Assembly: GCA_043819135.1 (NCBI GenBank)
Contig: JBDRFG010000150.1
Span: 1 to 13,502 of the forward strand
Source: Candidatus Eiseniibacteriota bacterium
GTDB lineage: Bacteria; Joyebacterota; Joyebacteria; Joyebacterales; Joyebacteraceae
DNA: 13,502 nt
Direction of reading: 5' to 3'
The position numbers were made by a program, and so were the translations under genes. How positions within the stretch are numbered: position 1 is the first letter of the stretch; every line of letters starts with the position of its first letter. Below, in pieces: positions 8,285-13,502 of the stretch. A model generated the notes under the pieces. The model made no database searches and had not been told where the DNA came from. It saw only the letters and a list, made by a program, of their open reading frames with translations.

Positions 8285-8680
8285 ATGATGACAGATCCTA
8301 TCGCTGACATGCTGACCAGGATCAGGAACGGCTGTCAGGCCAGGAAGAGGAGCGTCGACATACCTTCGTCTGGATTCAAGAAGGCGATTGCCGAGGCGCT
8401 TCTTCGCGAGAAGCTGATCAGGGACTTCAAGGTGGTAGAGGACAATAAGCAGGGGGTCCTCAAGGTCCAGCTGAAGTACACGAAGGATGGTGAGAGCGTC
8501 ATACGCGGGATCACGCGCATCTCGAAGCCGGGACTCCGACGCTACGTCGGCGCAGGCGATATCCCCCGCGTCCGCAGCAACTACGGGACGGCGATTCTCT
8601 CCACCCCAAGGGGCGTGCTCACGAGCAAGGAGTCCCGGAGAGAGAAAGTCGGTGGCGAGGTCGTCTGCCACGTCTGGTAG
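8285..8680 (+). CDS. rpsH: 30S ribosomal protein S8 (uS8)
   Basis: TDPIADMLTRIRN, RISKPGLRRY, ILSTPRGV, GGEVVCHVW. Confidence 0.99.
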   Translation: MMTDPIADMLTRIRNGCQARKRSVDIPSSGFKKAIAEALLREKLIRDFKVVEDNKQGVLKVQLKYTKDGESVIRGITRISKPGLRRYVGAGDIPRVRSNYGTAILSTPRGVLTSKESRREKVGGEVVCHVW

Positions 8681-8733
8681 GAAGCCCTGGCGTTCGGCCG
8701 GTCCGGGCGCTTCGGAGAGCAAGGAGACGTTGG

Positions 8734-9282
8734 ATGTCGAGAGTAGGGAGGTCACCAATAGAGATGCCCAAGGGCGTGACCGTCACCGTTGACGGCAGGA
8801 CCGTCAAGGTGAAGGGGCCCAGGGGTGAGCTCACGACTGAGATAGTCGGTGACATCACCGTGGGCGTCGAAGACAACATCGTGAAAGTGGAGCGCTCCTC
8901 CGAGACGAAGGAAACGCGCTCTCTGCACGGCACGATGCGAGCGCTCGTCGCGAACACGGTGACCGGTGTGTCCGACGGGTTCTTCAAGAACCTGGACATC
9001 ATCGGCGTCGGCTACAGCGCTGAGCTTCAGGGGAAGAACCTGCATCTCAAGCTTGGGTTCTCGCACCCGTGTGTGTTCGAGGCCCCCGAGGGGATCGAGA
9101 TCGAGGTCCCCGCGTCGACGCGAATCGTCGTCAGGGGCATCGACAGGCAGATGGTGGGGCAGGTGGCCGCTGAGATCAGGGCCCTGCGACCCCCGGAGCC
9201 CTACAAGGGTAAGGGGATCAGGTATCACGACGAGTATGTGCGGAGGAAGGCGGGCAAGCTGGCGGTTTCGTCTGGCGGTTAG
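8734..9282 (+). CDS. rplF: 50S ribosomal protein L6 (uL6)
   Basis: MSRVGRSPI, VKGPRGEL, LGFSHP, RPPEPYKGKGIRY. Confidence 0.99.
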   Translation: MSRVGRSPIEMPKGVTVTVDGRTVKVKGPRGELTTEIVGDITVGVEDNIVKVERSSETKETRSLHGTMRALVANTVTGVSDGFFKNLDIIGVGYSAELQGKNLHLKLGFSHPCVFEAPEGIEIEVPASTRIVVRGIDRQMVGQVAAEIRALRPPEPYKGKGIRYHDEYVRRKAGKLAVSSGG

Positions 9283-9328
9283 TTGGCCAGTGTCATCTTG
9301 ATTCTTCAGCAGAGGCTGGTGAGAGACG

Positions 9329-9706
9329 ATGAAGGGTAGTAGCAGCATCAGAAGAAAGGGAAGACAGAGGCGTCGGAAGAGCATCCGCCAGAAGATCAGC
9401 GGTGACTCCGGACGCCCGCGGCTGAGCGTGTTCAGGAGCCTGAAACACACGTATGCGCAGTTGATCGACGACATCGACGGCGCGACGCTGGTTTCGGCAT
9501 CGACCCTGAGTGATGAGGTGCGGAAGTTGTTGGGGAACGGGGATCACACCAAGACCGACGCCAGCAAGGCGGTCGGTAAGGTCCTGGCGCGCCTGGCCCT
9601 TGAGAAGGGAATCAAGCAGGTTCGTTTCGACAGGGGCGGCTACCTGTACCACGGCCGTGTGCAGGCTCTCGCGGATGCAGCGCGGGAAGGCGGCTTGGAA
9701 TTCTAG
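9329..9706 (+). CDS. rplR: 50S ribosomal protein L18 (uL18)
   Basis: [46 protein letters not shown]. Confidence 0.99.
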   Translation: MKGSSSIRRKGRQRRRKSIRQKISGDSGRPRLSVFRSLKHTYAQLIDDIDGATLVSASTLSDEVRKLLGNGDHTKTDASKAVGKVLARLALEKGIKQVRFDRGGYLYHGRVQALADAAREGGLEF

Positions 9707-9739
9707 GAGGGTCTGTCCAGGGGAGGGAGTAGGAGTTCG

Positions 9740-10291
9740 ATGGCAAGGGAACCCAGGAGATTCAAGAGGGACGACAGAGAGCCCCGGGTGCCTGAATTCG
9801 AGGAGCGGGTCATCCACATCAATCGGGTGGCCAAGGTCGTTAAGGGAGGCCGGCGCTTCGGATTCAATGCTCTGGTCGCGGTGGGCGACAGGAAGGGTAA
9901 GGTCGGGATAGGTCTTGGCAAGGCCAACGATGTTGCGTCCTCGATCCAGAAGGGCACCGAGAACGCCAAGAAGAACATGATCGCGGTGCCGATGGTGGGG
10001 GGCACGTTGCCGTACACCGTTCTTGGCAGGTTCGGCGCGGGGAGGGTTCTCGTGCGTCCGGCAAGCCCGGGAACGGGCATAGTAGCGGGTGGCGGGGTCC
10101 GCGCAGTCATGGAGTGCGCGGGTGTTAAGGACGTCCTGGCCAAGTCGATCGGGTCCAACAACCCGCACAACATGGTCAAGGCGACGATGGAAGCGTTCAA
10201 AGAGATGAGGTCTGCCTCCGACGTGGCGAGGGCCAGGGGCATCTCCGTCGGCGAGCTCTTTGGATGCGAGACGGAGGCGGAGAATGGCTAG
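9740..10291 (+). CDS. rpsE: 30S ribosomal protein S5 (uS5)
   Basis: [44 protein letters not shown]. Confidence 0.99.
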   Translation: MAREPRRFKRDDREPRVPEFEERVIHINRVAKVVKGGRRFGFNALVAVGDRKGKVGIGLGKANDVASSIQKGTENAKKNMIAVPMVGGTLPYTVLGRFGAGRVLVRPASPGTGIVAGGGVRAVMECAGVKDVLAKSIGSNNPHNMVKATMEAFKEMRSASDVARARGISVGELFGCETEAENG

Positions 10292-10472
10292 CAAACTCAA
10301 GATCCGTCAGACCAGGAGCGCGATCAACCGCAGCGGTATACAGAAGAAGACCATAAGGGCTCTGGGCATCCGGCGTCTTCACCAGGTAGTCGTGCACGAC
10401 GACAATCCCTGCATCAGGGGGATGGTCAAGAAGGTCGAGCACCTTGTCGTGGTGGAAGAGGTCAGCGAGTAG
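10284..10472 (+). CDS. rpmD: 50S ribosomal protein L30 (uL30)
   Basis: [29 protein letters not shown]. The start is ATG 10284, overlapping the end of rpsE by 8 nt, with GGAGG upstream. Confidence 0.97.
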   Translation: MASKLKIRQTRSAINRSGIQKKTIRALGIRRLHQVVVHDDNPCIRGMVKKVEHLVVVEEVSE

Positions 10473-10572
10473 CGAGGGTCGACACGACCCGTGGGTGGAC
10501 TGAGCCAAAGGGGTCACGAGCAACCCAGGCCGACTAGCGCCCGGTGGCGGATTCAAGAGGGAAGGCCTCGCA

Positions 10573-11016
10573 ATGAAGCTTAACGATCTGAGCCCCGCGA
10601 AGGGCTCACGGAAGAACAGGAAGCGCGTGGGACGCGGCCACGGCTCCGGACACGGCAAGACGTCGGGACGCGGGCACAAGGGCCAGAAGTCCCGTTCGGG
10701 CGGGAACGTCCCGGCCTGGTTCGAGGGCGGGCAGCTGCCGCTCACCAGACGGCTGCCGATCAAGGGGTTCACGAACCCGACCCGGCGTGAGTACGAGGTG
10801 ATCAACTTGAGCGACCTCGAGCGCTCGGGACTCGAGGGAACCGTGACGATCGCCGTGCTGAGAGCGGCCGGCATCGTTACACGTTCGAAGATGCCGGTGA
10901 AGGTTCTTGCTATGGGTGAGGTGACGAAGGCCTACGATCTCAAGGTCAACGCGATCAGCGCGAAGGCCAAGGAGAAGATCGAGGCGGCGGGCGGAACCAT
11001 CGAGCTGGTCAAGTAG
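10573..11016 (+). CDS. rplO: 50S ribosomal protein L15 (uL15)
   Basis: RVGRGHGSGHGKTSGRGHKGQKSRSG, FEGGQLPL, AKEKIEAAGG. Confidence 0.99.
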   Translation: MKLNDLSPAKGSRKNRKRVGRGHGSGHGKTSGRGHKGQKSRSGGNVPAWFEGGQLPLTRRLPIKGFTNPTRREYEVINLSDLERSGLEGTVTIAVLRAAGIVTRSKMPVKVLAMGEVTKAYDLKVNAISAKAKEKIEAAGGTIELVK

Positions 11017-11040
11017 GAAAGGAAGAAAGGCACACGAATC

Positions 11041-12363
11041 ATGGCCAACGTGTTTCAGAGCCTCCAGAGCATCTTCAAGATACCCGAACTGAAGAGACGC
11101 GTTCTCTACACGCTCGGGGCGCTTATCGTCTACAGGGTCGGTGGGCACGTACCCTCGGCCGGGATTAACGGTGAAGCTCTGGCGACATATTTCAAGCAGC
11201 AGCAGGGCTCGCTCCTGGGGCTTTACGATATGTTCGTCGGCGGGGCGTTCTCGCAGGCGACTATCTTCGCCCTGGGTATCATGCCCTACATCAGTGCGTC
11301 GATTATCCTGCAGCTGTTCACGGCCGTGATTCCGTACTTCGAGAAGCTGCAGAAGATGGGTGAGGAAGGGCGGAAGAAGATCACGCAGTACACGCGCTAC
11401 GGGACCGTGCTTCTGGCGTTGGTCCAGTCGTATGCCGCGAGCATGTATCTCCTGAGTCTGCCGGCCATCGAGGGCAATCCGATCGTCCCGGTCCCGGGTG
11501 TCTCGTTCGTGCTCCTGACCATGCTCACGATGACGACCGGCACCATCTTCGTCATGTGGCTCGGAGAGCAGATCTCCGAGAAGGGCATCGGCAACGGTAT
11601 TTCGCTCATCATCTTCATCGGCATCGTCGCGCGCTACCCGAACGACTGGCTGAACACCTTCAGGGCGATCAGGATCGGCTCGCTGAACATCTTCGGCGCC
11701 GCGGTACTGATAGCCATGATGGTCTTCATCGTCGCCGCGGTCGTGCTGATGCAGCAGGCTCAGCGACGCATACCGGTCCAGTACGCGAAGAGGGTCGTTG
11801 GCAGGAAGGTCTACGGCGGTCAGAGCACTCACATCCCGCTCAGACTCAACACCGCCGGCGTCATCCCGGTCATCTTCGCCCAGGCCATCATCATGTTCCC
11901 GGGCACGCTGGCCAGCTTCTTCAGGGGCAACATATTCATGGAGAACATGGCGTCCTGGCTACAGCCCGGCGCGCCGCTCTACACGACGCTTTACGTCATC
12001 ATCATCGTCTTCTTCGCATACTTCTACACGGCGATCATCTTCAACCCGGTCGATCTTGCCGACAATATGAAGAAGTACGGCGGGTTCGTGCCGGGGAAGC
12101 GGCCGGGTAAGAAGACGGCGGAATATATCGATAGCGTTCTGACCAGGATAACGCTGCCCGGATCGCTCTTCCTGGCGTTCATAGCGGTACTGCCTTTCTT
12201 CATGCAGCAGAAGCTCAACGCGCCCTTCACGTTCGGCGGCACCGGGCTTCTCATTGTTGTCGGTGTCGGGCTCGACACGCTTCAGCAGATCGAGTCTCAT
12301 CTTCTGATGCGTCACTACGACGGCTTCATGAAGAAGGGCAAGCTGCGCGGAAGGCGCAGGTAG
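11041..12363 (+). CDS. secY: Preprotein translocase subunit SecY
   Basis: IFALGIMPYISASII, WLGEQISEKGIGNGISLIIF, AGVIPVIFA, PGKRPG, FGGTGLLIVVGV; multiple hydrophobic segments. Confidence 0.99.
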   Translation: MANVFQSLQSIFKIPELKRRVLYTLGALIVYRVGGHVPSAGINGEALATYFKQQQGSLLGLYDMFVGGAFSQATIFALGIMPYISASIILQLFTAVIPYFEKLQKMGEEGRKKITQYTRYGTVLLALVQSYAASMYLLSLPAIEGNPIVPVPGVSFVLLTMLTMTTGTIFVMWLGEQISEKGIGNGISLIIFIGIVARYPNDWLNTFRAIRIGSLNIFGAAVLIAMMVFIVAAVVLMQQAQRRIPVQYAKRVVGRKVYGGQSTHIPLRLNTAGVIPVIFAQAIIMFPGTLASFFRGNIFMENMASWLQPGAPLYTTLYVIIIVFFAYFYTAIIFNPVDLADNMKKYGGFVPGKRPGKKTAEYIDSVLTRITLPGSLFLAFIAVLPFFMQQKLNAPFTFGGTGLLIVVGVGLDTLQQIESHLLMRHYDGFMKKGKLRGRRR

Positions 12364-12378
12364 GGGGAGTCGCGGACG

Positions 12379-13056
12379 ATGATAATTCTTCTCCTCGGGG
12401 CACCCGGAGCCGGCAAGGGGACGCATGCGGCCCGGATCGCTGACTACATGGGCCTGCCGCACATATCGAGCGGAGCCCTTCTCCGTGGGGCCGTTGAGCG
12501 CCATACCGAACTGGGAATCAAGGCGAAGGAATACATGGACGCGGGGAAGCTTGTTCCCGACGAGTTCATGCTTACGTGGATCGAGGAGTTGTTGGACAAC
12601 ACGGCGTACGCGAGCGGGATCATACTCGATGGGTTCCCGCGGACCATGCCTCAGGCCGAGGGCCTGGACGCTCTGCTAAAGACGAAGGGCCTCTCGATCG
12701 ACCTGGTGCTTCTGCTCGACATCGGGCAGGAGGCGGCCGCGAACAGACTCCTGTCACGTGTGACGTGCGGGAAGTGCGGTGCCATACATAACCTGGCGCA
12801 GAAGCCGATGAAGGTACCCGGGATCTGCGATGCGTGCGGCGGCGAGCTCGAGACGCGCGCCGACGACGTCAGAGAGACCATCGAGAAACGTTTCGCCGAG
12901 TTCCGGAAGCTCACCGCTCCGATGATCGAGTACTACCGGGCCGGTGGCAGCTTTGAGACGGTGGATACGGAACGCGCGGTCGAGGTCGTGCGTCAGGAGG
13001 TCAAGGACCTCCTGGACCGCGTCTCAGACGCGGCCTCCGAGAGCGCCGCGGAATGA
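12379..13056 (+). CDS. adk: Adenylate kinase with Cys4 zinc-type LID
   Basis: GAPGAGKGT P-loop, GKLVPD, LDGFPRT, CGKC...CDAC, RADD; syntenic position after secY. Confidence 0.96.
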   Translation: MIILLLGAPGAGKGTHAARIADYMGLPHISSGALLRGAVERHTELGIKAKEYMDAGKLVPDEFMLTWIEELLDNTAYASGIILDGFPRTMPQAEGLDALLKTKGLSIDLVLLLDIGQEAAANRLLSRVTCGKCGAIHNLAQKPMKVPGICDACGGELETRADDVRETIEKRFAEFRKLTAPMIEYYRAGGSFETVDTERAVEVVRQEVKDLLDRVSDAASESAAE

Positions 13057-13502
13057 TAAACATCCGTAGCCGCGACGAGATCGAGCTCATACGCGAGAGC
13101 GGCCGTCTGGTCGCGGGGGCGCTGGACCTGGCATCGGAGCTCGTGGGGCCAGGCGTAGAGACCGTCAGTCTGGACAAGGAGATCGAGGAGTACATAGTCG
13201 GCCACGGAGCCACTCCGGAGTTCAAGGGGTTTCGCGGCTATCCGGCGGCCATCTGCGCCTCGATCAACGAAGAGGTCGTCCACGGGATACCGGGGGCTCG
13301 GGCGCTTCGGAACGGTGACATAGTAGGAATCGACGTTGGCGTCCGGAAGAATGGCTACGTGGCCGATGGGGCGCGGACTTTCGCGATAGGCGGGATCACC
13401 GAGAGGACGGAGCGTCTGGTCGCGGTGACCAGACAGGCTCTGGAGACGGGGATCTCGATCGTGAGCGAGGGAGTGCACCTGTCAGACGTCTCGCACGCGA
13501 TC
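13053..13502 (+). CDS. map: Methionine aminopeptidase type I (3'-truncated by window edge)
   Basis: Absent from the ORF track because it has no stop in the window. Manual translation from ATG 13053 (ATGA overlap with adk) gives MINIRSRDEIELIRESG...FKGFRGYPAAICASINEEVVHGIP...GDIVGIDVGV...ADGARTF. Confidence 0.97.
   Translation, partial: MINIRSRDEIELIRESGRLVAGALDLASELVGPGVETVSLDKEIEEYIVGHGATPEFKGFRGYPAAICASINEEVVHGIPGARALRNGDIVGIDVGVRKNGYVADGARTFAIGGITERTERLVAVTRQALETGISIVSEGVHLSDVSHAI

Noticed and set aside
1132..10572. Intrinsic terminators or internal promoters in the spacers
   Set aside because: The hairpins lack 3' U-tracts, and I recognised no convincing -35/-10 pair.
4354..11832. Long antisense ORFs (4354-5169, 5874-6956, 9293-10300, 10606-11832 and others)
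   Set aside because: They lie opposite highly conserved genes, have no recognisable motifs, and are expected from GC-rich codon bias.
820..12363. TAG recoding or readthrough (pyrrolysine or alternative code), suggested by TAG followed by hairpins; rpmC TAG readthrough would fuse in frame to rpsQ
   Set aside because: Proteins end at or near family-typical C-termini at TAG (e.g. LAPEVL, KSSW, CHVW, GLEF), and no in-frame TAG interrupts a conserved core. One stop-free in-frame 63-nt spacer is expected by chance in GC-rich DNA.
1..13502. Novel accessory gene system or gene-order rearrangement
   Set aside because: Gene content and order are the canonical tuf-S10-spc-secY-adk-map arrangement, and no spacer exceeds 100 nt.

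Overview
This window is a GC-rich bacterial core-genome segment with every gene on the + strand. It holds the 3' part of tuf, the complete S10 and spc ribosomal protein cluster in canonical order (rpsJ rplC rplD rplW rplB rpsS rplV rpsC rplP rpmC rpsQ rplN rplX rplE rpsN rpsH rplF rplR rpsE rpmD rplO), then secY, adk and the 5' part of map. I found no mobile element, CRISPR array, RNA gene or accessory system, and gene content is ordinary. The unusual signals lie beneath gene content. (1) 20 of 24 visible stop codons are TAG, and the 4 exceptions all overlap a downstream initiation signal. (2) uS3 has a ~150-aa Gly/Arg/Ser/Pro tail containing an 8.5-copy 18-bp minisatellite (GRPQSG-type). (3) EF-Tu has a CxC-x4-CxxC insert, alongside Cys4 forms of uL24, uS14 and Adk. 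(4) Many intergenic spacers are long and hairpin-rich, and some share short motifs. All calls come from reading the sequence and recalling family motifs; no searches or folding programs were run.
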